Translations under genes and position numbers: made by a program
Shown: piece after piece, positions 44,624-54,550 of the stretch
Layout: each line of letters opens with the position of its first letter
Position numbering within the stretch: the stretch's first letter is position 1
The notes under the pieces: model-generated
Seen by the model: the letters and a program-made list of their open reading frames with translations, nothing else
Databases searched by the model: none
Told to the model about the DNA's origin: nothing
Assembly (NCBI GenBank): GCA_965219565.1
Contig: OZ244780.1
Coordinates: 1,006,287 to 1,070,286 of the forward strand
Origin: Dehalococcoidia bacterium
GTDB lineage: Bacteria > Chloroflexota > Dehalococcoidia > Lucifugimonadales > JAGWBF01
Reading direction: 5' to 3'
DNA length: 64,000 nt

Positions 44624-46645
44624 ATGAAATCGCATAGCTGGTTGCTCAAGCCCAGATCATGGGCGCTTATTCCGTTGCTGCTTGTTCTGGTCACAGCGGT
44701 AGCCTGCGGTTCGGACGCTGAGCCTACGCCTCAATCGATGGTTCAACCAACGGCTCAACCGACTCCGACGCCGGTGGATGTCGCAGGGATAGTGCAGCGA
44801 GCCATCGCTGAGCAAGCTGCCGCTCAACCCGCCGGAGTTTCAGCGGAGGATATGGCGAAAGCCATAGAGAGGGCCTTGGCGGCGCAGCCCGGGGTTAGTC
44901 CGGACGATGTGGCGAAAGCCATAGAGAGGGCCTTGGCGGCGCAGCCCTCCGGGTTGACCGAGGAAGACCTGTCCAGGGCGGTGGCGAAGGAACTGGCGCA
45001 AGCGCTCCCGTCTCCCACGGCCATGCCCGCGGAACCTGCCGCTACCCCATTGCCGGGTCAGGGAGGACCGATATTCGGCGGCATAGCCCCCATGCTGCTG
45101 TATGCTCCTCCCTTTGGCGACTTCCTTTGGAAGGGCAGCGCCCCGACGGCTGTTTGGGCTGACCCGGTGTTCAACCGGCTCATTGAGTTCAACCCGGAGA
45201 CGCCGGAGCTCACGGACTTGCGAGGCGACCTCGCTGAAGAGTGGTCGGTGGCGCCTGATGGCTTGACCTACACCTTCAAGCTCCACGAAAACGTCAAGTT
45301 CCAGGACGGCCAGCCCCTGACCTCCGACGACGTCTTGTTCTCCTTCAAGATGATGACGGACTGCGAAAGCATCGACGTAGTGAAGGACGTCTGTCCCTGG
45401 ACCAGCGGCCAACTGAGACTCTTGGGGAGCTACTACGAAAGCTCCAGGGCCATAGACAGCCGCACGGTGGAGCTGAAGACCCAGTTTACGGCCCCGGCCT
45501 TCCTGACCAACTTCTCCCAAGGCGAAATAATAGTCCTACCGAAGCACCTGATCGAGGCGGGGACCTTCCCCAGCTCTGCCACACCTGAGAACATGATCGG
45601 CTCGGGACCGTTCAAGATGAAAAAGCACACCAGGGACGTTGGGACCGAGTACGAGAAGAACACGGACTACTTCAAGGACGGCTACCCCAAGTTCGACGGC
45701 ATGGCCTACTTCATCATAAGGGACAAGGGGACCATCATCGCGTCCTTCAAGACGGGGCAGGTGTTAATGGCCGCCACCGTGCAAAACAACCTGAGCTTCA
45801 AGGATGGCTTACAGTTGAGCAATGAGATGGGCGATGACGCTGAATTCTACGTGTCAGGCCCCCTCGCCGGCATGGGTCTGATGGTTAACGCCAAGAAGCC
45901 CGAATTTGACAACGACGAGGTTCGAAGGGCCTTTATGCTGATTATCCACCGCCAGCCAATCGTAGCGACGCTGAGCGACGGCTTCTATCCTATGGGCTTC
46001 CCCATTCCGCCAAACCTCTACTGGTTCAGCAGGACTCTGGATGAAGTCCTGGAGATCCCCGGTTTTAGAGAGCAGAATGGCCAGAAGCACCCCGACGACA
46101 TAGCCGAGGCCAAGCAGTTGTTTGAGAAGAACGGAATGGGGGAGGGGTTCAAGGTCGCTATCACCTGCCGCACCATATTGGAGTACTGCGAAATGGCCAC
46201 GCTGCTGGCGGACCAGTTCAGGAGGTTCTTGGGTTGGGTCCCCAGCGTCGACGCTGGGGACCCGGTCGTGAACATAGGCCGCTTTAATGACGGCGACTAC
46301 GAGCTGGGAATCATGGCCAACTCCTGCGGCTTCCCCGACCCCGACTCGTGCCTGACCTCGGCTTATGCCCTCCCCACCTCCGGCATGAGGCGGCGGGCGC
46401 ATTACACCAGTGATGAAATCGTCGACCTCAGCGAACTCCAGACCAGGGAGATTGACCAGGAGAAGCGTGGAGCCCTGGTCCGCCAGGCCGAGGAGCTGCT
46501 CCTGAACGGGAAAAACGCCTTCCCCTATACTCATTTCCTGATGAGCCCTGTAATCGTCAACAACAGGATTCAGAACTATCACGTCCCGCCGGCCTACAGC
46601 TTCCAGGAGAAGAACGAGCACCTCTGGTGCGACCCCGCGTGCTGA
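44624..46645 (+). CDS. ABC transporter substrate-binding lipoprotein, family 5 (peptide/nickel type)
   Basis: Lipobox VTAVAC and a long Ala/Pro-rich linker, followed by the SBP_bac_5 pattern (RLIEFNPETPELTDLRGDLAEEWSVAPDGLTYTFKLHENVKFQDGQPLTSDDVLFSF). No permease or ATPase genes are adjacent. Confidence 0.9.
   Translation: MKSHSWLLKPRSWALIPLLLVLVTAVACGSDAEPTPQSMVQPTAQPTPTPVDVAGIVQRAIAEQAAAQPAGVSAEDMAKAIERALAAQPGVSPDDVAKAIERALAAQPSGLTEEDLSRAVAKELAQALPSPTAMPAEPAATPLPGQGGPIFGGIAPMLLYAPPFGDFLWKGSAPTAVWADPVFNRLIEFNPETPELTDLRGDLAEEWSVAPDGLTYTFKLHENVKFQDGQPLTSDDVLFSFKMMTDCESIDVVKDVCPWTSGQLRLLGSYYESSRAIDSRTVELKTQFTAPAFLTNFSQGEIIVLPKHLIEAGTFPSSATPENMIGSGPFKMKKHTRDVGTEYEKNTDYFKDGYPKFDGMAYFIIRDKGTIIASFKTGQVLMAATVQNNLSFKDGLQLSNEMGDDAEFYVSGPLAGMGLMVNAKKPEFDNDEVRRAFMLIIHRQPIVATLSDGFYPMGFPIPPNLYWFSRTLDEVLEIPGFREQNGQKHPDDIAEAKQLFEKNGMGEGFKVAITCRTILEYCEMATLLADQFRRFLGWVPSVDAGDPVVNIGRFNDGDYELGIMANSCGFPDPDSCLTSAYALPTSGMRRRAHYTSDEIVDLSELQTREIDQEKRGALVRQAEELLLNGKNAFPYTHFLMSPVIVNNRIQNYHVPPAYSFQEKNEHLWCDPAC
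44853..44947. repeat. 57-bp tandem duplication inside the SBP linker
   Basis: The 38-nt core TGGCGAAAGCCATAGAGAGGGCCTTGGCGGCGCAGCCC is identical at 44853-44890 and 44910-44947. It encodes AKAIERALAAQP twice. Confidence 0.9.
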
Positions 46646-46847
46646 CGGCGGGCGTCTCCGTAGCCGACCAGGCACCCTAGACGGAAAGAAGGCCCGGGTC
46701 CCAAGAGACCCGGGCCTTCGTCGTGTGAAAGGGCTTGATGTCGAGGGTCCCGTGTATGGACCGCCGTATTCGGGTCACCCTGGGCAAAGGAGTAAACGTC
46801 AAGGTGGAGAGGATTTTTGTGCCGTCGATCTGACTAAGCTCCAGCCA

Positions 46848-48047
46848 TCAAGGGAGGGGAGCTTGTTGGTAGGGCTGTAGCTTAATCTTGTGTAAGGCCG
46901 GGATAACCTCTCTGCCCATCAGCTCTATGGAACGCATGACGTCCTGCTGGGTCATATCGCCCTCGGCGCCCCAGGCATGGAGGTAGCCTGGGTTGAGGCG
47001 GTTTATCACCTCTGTCAGCTTCTGGATGACTGTGTCCGGGCTGCCCACCACGATGCTGTTAATTTCCTGGAGCTCCTCGTAGCTGGCGGTCTGGCCGCCA
47101 AGGCCGCCAGAGGGCCTGTTACGCTGTATCTTCACCGCTTCCCGGGTCTGGTAACCCGGAGGGTCGACATGTTCCCTCGGCCCCTTGTGACGGTGTGGCC
47201 CAGTCCACATGAAGGTGCGGCCGATCTCTTGGGCCTTGGCGTCAGTGTCGGCCACCAGAACCTTGATCGTATAGCCAAAGTGCTGAGGCCCGGGCTGGAA
47301 GCCGACCTCGTTGGCCGTGTCTATGTATATGTTCCTCAGCCACTCGGTGGTGTCGAGCCGGGCCCCCTGGTTCATGTAAGGGTGGCGGTGTTTGGCTGCC
47401 CAAACCACGCTCTCCGGGCTGGAAAGCCCCGGGAACCAGATCTCTGGATGGGGTTTCTGCATGGGCAGCACCCAGGGGTTCACCATCCGGTAGTGGAAGT
47501 AGCGCCCCTCCCACCTGAATGGACCCGGCGTGGTCCAGCACTTGAGAATCAGATCGTGGGCTTCTTCGAAACGGCCCCGGTTCTCTGAAGGGTCTATTCC
47601 TGCTTGAAGACTCTCGACAGGGGTGCCCCTTATAAAGCCTGCGATTATCCGCCCGCCGGAGTAGCAATCCAGCATAGCCACCTCTTCAGCCATCTTGATC
47701 GGATCGTTGATGGCGATGGGACTGCCCAGGATAGCTATCCTAACCCGCTTGGTCACCTTGGATATGACGGCTGCGTCCAGGTTGACCGATGGTTTCAAGT
47801 TGAAGTAAGAGGCGTGGTGTTCATTGGTCATGATGCCATCGTAGCCAACCTCGTCGGCCCAGGCATACTGCTCGTGGTACTGGTTGTAGAGCGCCGCCGC
47901 TTTCTGGGGGTCGAAGTGCGTGTTGGGGAAACCTAGACGCCCGGACTCATATTTCTCCAGGTCCTGTTCGCTGACATAGCTATTGGGCTGTTGGCAGAAC
48001 CAAAACACTTCCACCTTTTCTTTGGGCGCCGGCGCCTGATCAGCCAT
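46848..48047 (-). CDS. LLM-class flavin-dependent oxidoreductase (long form)
   Basis: VGYDGIMTNEHH and AILGSPIAINDPIKMAEEVAMLDCYSGGRIIAGFIRG. Start at MADQAP. Confidence 0.85.
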   Translation of the reverse strand: MADQAPAPKEKVEVFWFCQQPNSYVSEQDLEKYESGRLGFPNTHFDPQKAAALYNQYHEQYAWADEVGYDGIMTNEHHASYFNLKPSVNLDAAVISKVTKRVRIAILGSPIAINDPIKMAEEVAMLDCYSGGRIIAGFIRGTPVESLQAGIDPSENRGRFEEAHDLILKCWTTPGPFRWEGRYFHYRMVNPWVLPMQKPHPEIWFPGLSSPESVVWAAKHRHPYMNQGARLDTTEWLRNIYIDTANEVGFQPGPQHFGYTIKVLVADTDAKAQEIGRTFMWTGPHRHKGPREHVDPPGYQTREAVKIQRNRPSGGLGGQTASYEELQEINSIVVGSPDTVIQKLTEVINRLNPGYLHAWGAEGDMTQQDVMRSIELMGREVIPALHKIKLQPYQQAPLP

Positions 48048-48386
48048 TATTCCCCTTTCCTGATGGTACGATAATACAACACCAGACAAGATGACAATGG
48101 CGCTCGTCGCCACCGAACGGCCTCCCCGCGAAGACTGGGACCGGTCGAACCCGCGGGAAGGGAGCGCCCACCGAGCATAAGGGGCGCCGTTGAATTTTTG
48201 ACGGAACTGTCACGGCTTGCTACAATCGAGCGTGTGCCGTGGCCGGTGACAGATGGCGATCAGCGTGACCGCTCCGCCACGGCGCCGCGACCCCGTATGG
48301 GCATCAGAACTGGACTGCCGTAACAGCCGAGAATCACGCTAAAGGGTGCGCTTGTCCTTTGGTAGAAAATGGCGAGGAGGATTCCG

Positions 48387-49637
48387 ATGCAAATCGGCTA
48401 TTTTACGGAAGAACCCTGGGTAACAGAGAAGTGGGACCCGAAGTGGGGAACGGGCGTCCTTGTTACCAGCAACGAGGAATACGACCGTCATCTCGGAGCG
48501 CAACTCTATAACCGTTGGATTGACGAGAAGATTTACGCCGACGAAATTGGGTTCGACATTCTCATGAAGAACGAACACCACAGCGCTCCCTATTGCATGC
48601 AAGGCGTTACTAATGTCGAAGCCGCTATTCTGGCCAGAGTGACTAAGAAAGCAAAGATATTCTTGGGAGGCAACATTCTCCCCCTTTGGGACGACCCCCT
48701 GTGGCTAGCCGAGCAGCTCGCTATGATTGACCTAGTATCCTATGGGCGTTTGATTTCCGGTTGGGTAAGGGGAGTGGGTTCGGAGAGCTACTCCCACAAC
48801 GCCAACCCTTCTTATAACCGGGAACGGTTCGAAGAGGCGCACGAATTTATCGTGAAAACCTGGACCACTCCAGGGCCGTTCCGTTGGGAAGGGAAGCACT
48901 ATAACTATCGTTACGTCAATCCGTGGTCGTTCCCCTACCAACAGCCGCATCCGCCAATTTGGATTCCCGGGACCACCAGCCCGGAGACGGTAAGGTGGGC
49001 GGCCGAGCGGCGCTATCCCTACATACGGTTGTCCGGGCAGGGTCCGGAGCAGTCCGTGGATATGTTCGACCTGTACCGCGAGACGGCGAAAGAAGCCGGA
49101 TACGATTCCGGCCCGCAGCACTTGGGCTACATGCTTCACATTCATGTGGACGAGACCGATGAAAAAGCCGTGGAAGTGGGGCGAAAGCTGACCGAGGGCG
49201 TCCGGAGCCCATTCGACGCAACCACCCCACAGGACATCGCCGGCACGTGGTTGCCGCACCTCCCCGGACTCCAGTCGGCCGAAGCCCGGCGGTATGCGGC
49301 TGCGCGGCAGGTGCGACTTAGCACCGGCACTCCGGCCGGTCGCGGCAACTTGACCTGGGAGGACCAACTCGCCCGTCTCGCCTCAGTGGCAGGCACCCCG
49401 GAGACCGTGCTGCCGAAACTGCGCCACATCTTGGAAGTTATGCGGCCCGGGGTCTTGATTCTTCGCACCGGCGAAGGCACGATGACCCATGACGAAACCA
49501 TAAAGTCGTTAAAACTTCTGGGAGAAGAAGTTATTCCCGCGCTCAAGGAAATCGGCAAAGAACTCGGGCTTGACGGCCCCCTCGAGGTTGATCCGGCGAC
49601 AAACGAGCGCATCCCCGTTGAGGCCAACTCAAGCTAG
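48387..49637 (+). CDS. LLM-class flavin-dependent oxidoreductase (long form, divergent paralogue of 46848..48047)
   Basis: IGFDILMKNEHH and LGGNILPLWDPLWLAEQLAMIDLVSYGRLISGWVRG. GAGGAGG RBS before ATG 48387. Confidence 0.85.
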   Translation: MQIGYFTEEPWVTEKWDPKWGTGVLVTSNEEYDRHLGAQLYNRWIDEKIYADEIGFDILMKNEHHSAPYCMQGVTNVEAAILARVTKKAKIFLGGNILPLWDDPLWLAEQLAMIDLVSYGRLISGWVRGVGSESYSHNANPSYNRERFEEAHEFIVKTWTTPGPFRWEGKHYNYRYVNPWSFPYQQPHPPIWIPGTTSPETVRWAAERRYPYIRLSGQGPEQSVDMFDLYRETAKEAGYDSGPQHLGYMLHIHVDETDEKAVEVGRKLTEGVRSPFDATTPQDIAGTWLPHLPGLQSAEARRYAAARQVRLSTGTPAGRGNLTWEDQLARLASVAGTPETVLPKLRHILEVMRPGVLILRTGEGTMTHDETIKSLKLLGEEVIPALKEIGKELGLDGPLEVDPATNERIPVEANSS

Positions 49638-49701
49638 AGACGGTTGGTCGAGACCGCCAGGTTCCAGTCACAATGCCCGTAATCGGGCTAGGAGGCCCCT
49701 C

Positions 49702-50505
49702 GTGACAACGAGCGCACAAGACTATGTTGAAGAGTTCGTGGAAGTCGCGGAAGTCCGTACCCAGCTAAGAAGGGGAGGGCATGGGGACCCCCTCCTCATA
49801 CTACACAGCGAGTTGTGGATACCGGGGTGGACCAAGGCCCTCCAAGAACTTGCCAAGAACCACACCGTTTTCGCACCGTCGCTGCCCGGCTTTGGCCAGT
49901 CAGGACGTCCTGACTGGATCATGAACATAGACGATGTTGCGGTATGGGTGAACGCCTTTGTAGAAGAGCAGAAACTGAGGAAACCCGTTGGCGTCATCGG
50001 TTTCTCCATGGGGGCCTGGATTGCGACACATATGGCTGCGGTCAACTGTGACATCTTTTCTAGGATGACGCTGGTCAATCCGGTGGGGGTGAAGCCCCGA
50101 CATGGAGAAATCTGGGACTACTATCGCTGGAACGCCAAAGAAGCGTTGGAACAGGCCTTTACGGACCCGGCTGCCTGTGCGGAGTACCAGGAGTACTACG
50201 GCAAGGACTGGACATCTGAGGAGGCGGAACAGGTGGAGGTGAACCGGGACATGAGCGTCAGGCTCACGTGGAAGCCCTACATGTGGTCGTATACCACAAA
50301 AGACCGCGCGAAGCTGATCACCACTCCAACCTTGATTGTGGTAGGGGCGGACGACAAGGTCGTGCCCAACAGCTGCGGCGAAGTCTTGCACGAGACTATC
50401 CGGCATTCGCGGATGGAAACGATCGCCGGAGCGGGACATGCAGTGGAAATGGAGAAGCCGGAGGAGTTCACCCAGCTGGCGCACGACTTCCTGGCCGGCA
50501 AATAA
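49702..50505 (+). CDS. alpha/beta hydrolase
   Basis: Oxyanion-region LLILHS, nucleophile elbow GFSMGAW and C-terminal AGHAVEME. The GTG 49702 start avoids overlap with the preceding gene. Confidence 0.8.
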   Translation: MTTSAQDYVEEFVEVAEVRTQLRRGGHGDPLLILHSELWIPGWTKALQELAKNHTVFAPSLPGFGQSGRPDWIMNIDDVAVWVNAFVEEQKLRKPVGVIGFSMGAWIATHMAAVNCDIFSRMTLVNPVGVKPRHGEIWDYYRWNAKEALEQAFTDPAACAEYQEYYGKDWTSEEAEQVEVNRDMSVRLTWKPYMWSYTTKDRAKLITTPTLIVVGADDKVVPNSCGEVLHETIRHSRMETIAGAGHAVEMEKPEEFTQLAHDFLAGK

Positions 50506-50591
50506 CCTCCGGGATTTCACCGGTCGAAAACGCCCGATCCCAGCTAAGGCATCGGCGTGACCCAGGAAGAGTGCCGTATCAGGAGGAGGAG

Positions 50592-51341
50592 ATGGGCAGG
50601 CTGGATGGGAAGGTCGCCCTTATCAGCGGAGGCGCCAGAGGCCAGGGCGCCGAGGAGGCCGAGCTGTTCGCCAAAGAGGGGGCCAGCGTAGTCTTCGGGG
50701 ACGTACTGGACGAAGACGGGCGGGGAGTCGAGGCCAGGATTCATGAGTTGGGGGGCGAGGCCGCCTACGTACACCTGGACGTGACCAACAGCGGTGACTG
50801 GCAGTCCGCGGTCGACGCCGCGATAAGCTCCTACGGCAAGCTGGACATCCTCGTGAACAATGCGGGGATCGTCTTTACCGCGAGTATAGAGGACACAACC
50901 GAGGAGGAGTGGGACCGGGTCATGGCGGTCAACGCAAAGGGTGTGTTTTTGGGAACCAAGTGCGCCATCCCTGCGATGAGGCAGGCGGGAGGAGGGTCCA
51001 TCGTCAACATCTCCTCGGCGCTGGCGATCACTGGTTCCGCGAACAAAGGCGCCTACACAGCAAGCAAAGGGGCGGTCCGTCTATTCTCAAGAGCGGTTGC
51101 CGTCCAGCACGCCAAGGACAATATACGGTGCAACTCGGTCCATCCCGGCTCAATCGACACCCCCATGCTCCGCGAGGCGGCCCCCGGCGTGAGCCTTGAG
51201 GACCTGGCTCACATCTACCCGCTCGACAGGATAGGCACGCCGCAGGACGTCGCCCACTTGGTCCTGTATCTGGCTTCCGACGAGTCCTCCTATGTCACGG
51301 GTGCGGAACTGATCATCGACGGCGGCAGGACCGCCCAGTAG
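50592..51341 (+). CDS. SDR family oxidoreductase
   Basis: MGRLDGKVALISGGARGQGAE, NNAG and YTASKGAV. Paralogue of 7867..8619. AGGAGGAGGAG RBS. Confidence 0.85.
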   Translation: MGRLDGKVALISGGARGQGAEEAELFAKEGASVVFGDVLDEDGRGVEARIHELGGEAAYVHLDVTNSGDWQSAVDAAISSYGKLDILVNNAGIVFTASIEDTTEEEWDRVMAVNAKGVFLGTKCAIPAMRQAGGGSIVNISSALAITGSANKGAYTASKGAVRLFSRAVAVQHAKDNIRCNSVHPGSIDTPMLREAAPGVSLEDLAHIYPLDRIGTPQDVAHLVLYLASDESSYVTGAELIIDGGRTAQ

Positions 51342-51398
51342 GCGTCGCCATAGCCTTCGTCCAGCGGTCTGCTGGGGCCAGTGGTTTCCGGCTGTACA

Positions 51399-53165
51399 CT
51401 AGTCTCGTGGTATGACCGGCAAGGTGATGTGCGAGGCATGTTCGTCGGTATGCAAGACCGTCTGTACCGCCGGCCTTAGTTCCGTCTCCTGCCAGGGCTC
51501 CCGTCCCGTGTTCGGATTCCTGTCGAAACGCGGGAAATTGCTGCTGGACACGTCCACTCGGATGCGGTGGCCCGCTTTGAAGACGTTGCTGGTGGCCACC
51601 AGGTCTATGGTATATTCATACACGCTGCCCGGCTCGATGGGCTTTCCGGCGGATAGAGATTCCCGGTAGCGGGCCCGTATGATTCCGTCGACTAGGCTGC
51701 GGGTGCAGCCGCAGGGACACACGTCCACCAGCTTGGCGGTGAAGTCTGTGTCGGCGCCGGACGTGGCGGCGTACAGGGTCACGGTGACAGGGCCGGTCAC
51801 CTCCAGGTCTTCGGCCAACTCGGGTGACGTATACACCAGCACGTCCTGGCGCGCTTCTATCGAACGCTGGTCGAAGGGACCGCCCGGAAGAACGGCGGCG
51901 TTGCAGCAAAGGCCTCCACCCTTTGTGGGGACCGGTGACCTGGGGTCGTAGAGGAAAACGTCGGGCGGTTCTGAGCCCGGACGGTCTCTGGACATGCTCC
52001 CGTCCCCATTGAGCGTGTTGGCCTTCCCGTCGCTGTGGAAATAGTAGTCCACGTATTGGGTGCGCGCCAAGGGCCACTCCTGCTCGTAGCGCCAGGCGTT
52101 TTCGCCCATCACGAATATGCGCACGGGAGGCTCGTCCATTATGCCGTTGTCCACTCCCTTCAGCCAGAATTCATGCCATCTGAGAAACAGGCCCGGCAAG
52201 TCTATAGCTGAGTCGGCGGACATTACTCCGAAATACATCTCACCTGAGATCCCCGCCCCCCGGGATCCTCCGTGGTTCCACGGACCGACTATGAGCTTCT
52301 GGCCCGTGCGCGCCGTCTCAGTGGGTCCCTTCTCCGTCATGCCTATGTAGTTGCGAAGGGTGCCCTTCAGAAATATGTCGTGCCAACCGCCTACGTTCAA
52401 GGCCGGCACAGCTATCTGATTGTGGCGGTCTTCAATCTTCCAGCGTTTCCAATAGTCGTCGGCGTTCGGGTGGGCCAGCCAGTCATAAAAGTAAGGGGCC
52501 ACTTGTTCCTTGAAGTAAGGGAAATCCTCCGTTGGGAGGTGTTGCAGAGTCTCCTCCATCCGGTCTACGGCCCCCAAAAGGGAAGCGGCGACGCCTGGGG
52601 GCAGAGACTTGTCACGAGAAATCTTCGCTATGTTGCCCAGAGCTAACTGAGCCATAGTCCAGGAGACGGCGAAGCCCAGTGCGAAGGCGCCCCCCTGGTA
52701 CGTCCATCCCTCGTAATAGTCCGATGCCGTGACGCGTGGGGCGATGGCGGCCAGGGACGGAGGGCGGGAGACAGCGGCGAGCCACTGGGTGGCGCCCACG
52801 TATGAGCTGCCGTACATGCCCACCTTCCCAGTGCTCCAGGATTGGGCGGCGCACCATTCGACTGTGTCGTAGCCGTCGTCAATCTCGTTCAAGAAGGGAT
52901 AAAACTCTCCATCGGAGGTGTAGCGGCCCCGCGTGTCTTGTATGACCACTGCAAAACCGTGTGATACGGCCCGTAGCGCGTCCACCACGCCGCTGCGGGC
53001 ATAGGGAAGCGCCTTGTTGTATGGGGTGCGCTGCAACAACACGGGGACCTTGTCGTTGGTGTCCGGTCGGTAGACATCCGCGTAGAGCCGGGCGCCGTCT
53101 CTCGCCGTCACGGGAACGTCGGTCTCGACCTTCATAGACGCATGAGGCCCCATGAACATGGTCAT
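51399..53165 (-). CDS. CocE/NonD family hydrolase (S15 X-Pro dipeptidyl-peptidase-like)
   Basis: TARDGARLYADVYRPD...VLLQRTPYNK and GMYGSSYVG (nucleophile), with a C-terminal galactose-binding-like domain. Confidence 0.85.
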   Translation of the reverse strand: MTMFMGPHASMKVETDVPVTARDGARLYADVYRPDTNDKVPVLLQRTPYNKALPYARSGVVDALRAVSHGFAVVIQDTRGRYTSDGEFYPFLNEIDDGYDTVEWCAAQSWSTGKVGMYGSSYVGATQWLAAVSRPPSLAAIAPRVTASDYYEGWTYQGGAFALGFAVSWTMAQLALGNIAKISRDKSLPPGVAASLLGAVDRMEETLQHLPTEDFPYFKEQVAPYFYDWLAHPNADDYWKRWKIEDRHNQIAVPALNVGGWHDIFLKGTLRNYIGMTEKGPTETARTGQKLIVGPWNHGGSRGAGISGEMYFGVMSADSAIDLPGLFLRWHEFWLKGVDNGIMDEPPVRIFVMGENAWRYEQEWPLARTQYVDYYFHSDGKANTLNGDGSMSRDRPGSEPPDVFLYDPRSPVPTKGGGLCCNAAVLPGGPFDQRSIEARQDVLVYTSPELAEDLEVTGPVTVTLYAATSGADTDFTAKLVDVCPCGCTRSLVDGIIRARYRESLSAGKPIEPGSVYEYTIDLVATSNVFKAGHRIRVDVSSSNFPRFDRNPNTGREPWQETELRPAVQTVLHTDEHASHITLPVIPRD

Positions 53166-53287
53166 AACACACTCTCCCAGTCGTTCTGCTGTCCACGAGC
53201 TCTTGAGGAAACGGGAGATGCCGCCGTACCGGTCTCACGACAAAGGCCAGGGACTTCAGGGTCGGGGAAACTACAGGCGCCCGCAGT

Positions 53288-54436
53288 TCAGGAGAAGTTG
53301 TAGAGACGGGCGCAGTTGTCCCACAGGACCTTGCGCTTCGCATCGGGCGACAAGTCCATCGAGAGGAAACTATCCACGGCGTGGGGATACTGGCCGTCCC
53401 CATGCGGATAGTCGGTGGAGAAAACTACCGTGTCTCTGTAACCCAGGTCTTCCAGGTGCTTGGCCGGCCATTCGCCGGGCTCCATGTTGACGAAACACTG
53501 CTCCTTGAAGTGTTCACTGGGAGGCTTCTTGAGCTCTGGCTGGCGGTATCCCTGTGCCTCGTAATGTTCGTCCAGACGCCACATAAGCCAGGGCGCCCAG
53601 GAACAGTTCGCCTCCAGAAAGCCGACTTTCAACTCTGGGAACCGGGCCAGGACTCCTCCTCCGCAAAAGCTCACGGCCGCCAGCATCATCTCCATGGGAT
53701 GGCTGCATGCATGTATCAGCATGTTGGACCCCAAGCTGCTCCCAACCTGGTTGATGTAAGGCGGGTTCGCCCCTTCGTGGAGGCCCACGGGAATCTGCAG
53801 CCGCTGGCACTCCGCCCACAGGGGGTCGTAGTACGGGTCGTGCCAGTTTCGACCGTTGACGACGTTTGGGCGCATGAAGATGCACCTGAGGCCCAGCTCT
53901 TCCACACAGCGGCGGGTCTCGGTCACCGCATATTCCACATCGAAGGGCGGAACCATCGCGGCCCCGTAGAGCCGGTCGGGGCCTCCCTGACAGAATTCGT
54001 ACAGCCAGTTGTTGTAAGCCTGGGAGATGGCCAGAGCCAGGTCAGGGTCCATTCCGTCGATGGCCAGCACGGTCAGCCCGCGGCTGGGGAAGAGGACGGC
54101 TATGTCGATTCCTTCGGTGTCCATGGCCCTCAGTTGTGAAGCGGGGTCCCAGCCGTTTTCCTCTCCATCGGCGTAAATGGCGTCCTGTTTTCTCCTCTCC
54201 TGTTCAACCCTCTCTTGGACCTGAGGATTGGCGGCGGGCTGAGGCCTGCCGGGCAGCAGCGGGGCTCCGAACTGGATGTTTACGCCGTCCAGGGTGAGGC
54301 CCATGTCCCTCCGATGCCGGTTCAGTCCCACTGGGGCGCGTTTTTCGAACTTCGGGTCTATGTACCGCTGCCAAAGGTCAGGCGGCTCGAAGATGTGCAT
54401 GTCGGAATCCATCACTTTAAACCCACTATTGGCCAT
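53288..54436 (-). CDS. amidohydrolase family protein (amidohydrolase_2 / ACMSD-like)
   Basis: VMDSDMHIFEP (metal-binding HxH region) and ...VVFSTDYPHGDG. Confidence 0.85.
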   Translation of the reverse strand: MANSGFKVMDSDMHIFEPPDLWQRYIDPKFEKRAPVGLNRHRRDMGLTLDGVNIQFGAPLLPGRPQPAANPQVQERVEQERRKQDAIYADGEENGWDPASQLRAMDTEGIDIAVLFPSRGLTVLAIDGMDPDLALAISQAYNNWLYEFCQGGPDRLYGAAMVPPFDVEYAVTETRRCVEELGLRCIFMRPNVVNGRNWHDPYYDPLWAECQRLQIPVGLHEGANPPYINQVGSSLGSNMLIHACSHPMEMMLAAVSFCGGGVLARFPELKVGFLEANCSWAPWLMWRLDEHYEAQGYRQPELKKPPSEHFKEQCFVNMEPGEWPAKHLEDLGYRDTVVFSTDYPHGDGQYPHAVDSFLSMDLSPDAKRKVLWDNCARLYNFS

Positions 54437-54550
54437 ATCCTGCCCCTTTATGTGTGGATATCTCCTGTACGACCTGGCCGTGCCTGATTGGGCGATTGTA
54501 TTGAAGCGCAAAATGGTTGTCAACGAACACTGGAGGGGAGACCTTGGACG

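Noticed and set aside
45854-46675. 273-aa minus-strand ORF
   Set aside because: It is antisense to the C-terminal domain of the family-5 SBP and contains no motifs.
49570-49701. N-terminal extension of the alpha/beta hydrolase ORF, and similar extensions at 50268, 17917, 19811, 8709 and 29554
   Set aside because: These extensions overlap the preceding genes and are Arg/Pro-rich. Internal starts with good RBSs give proteins of canonical length.
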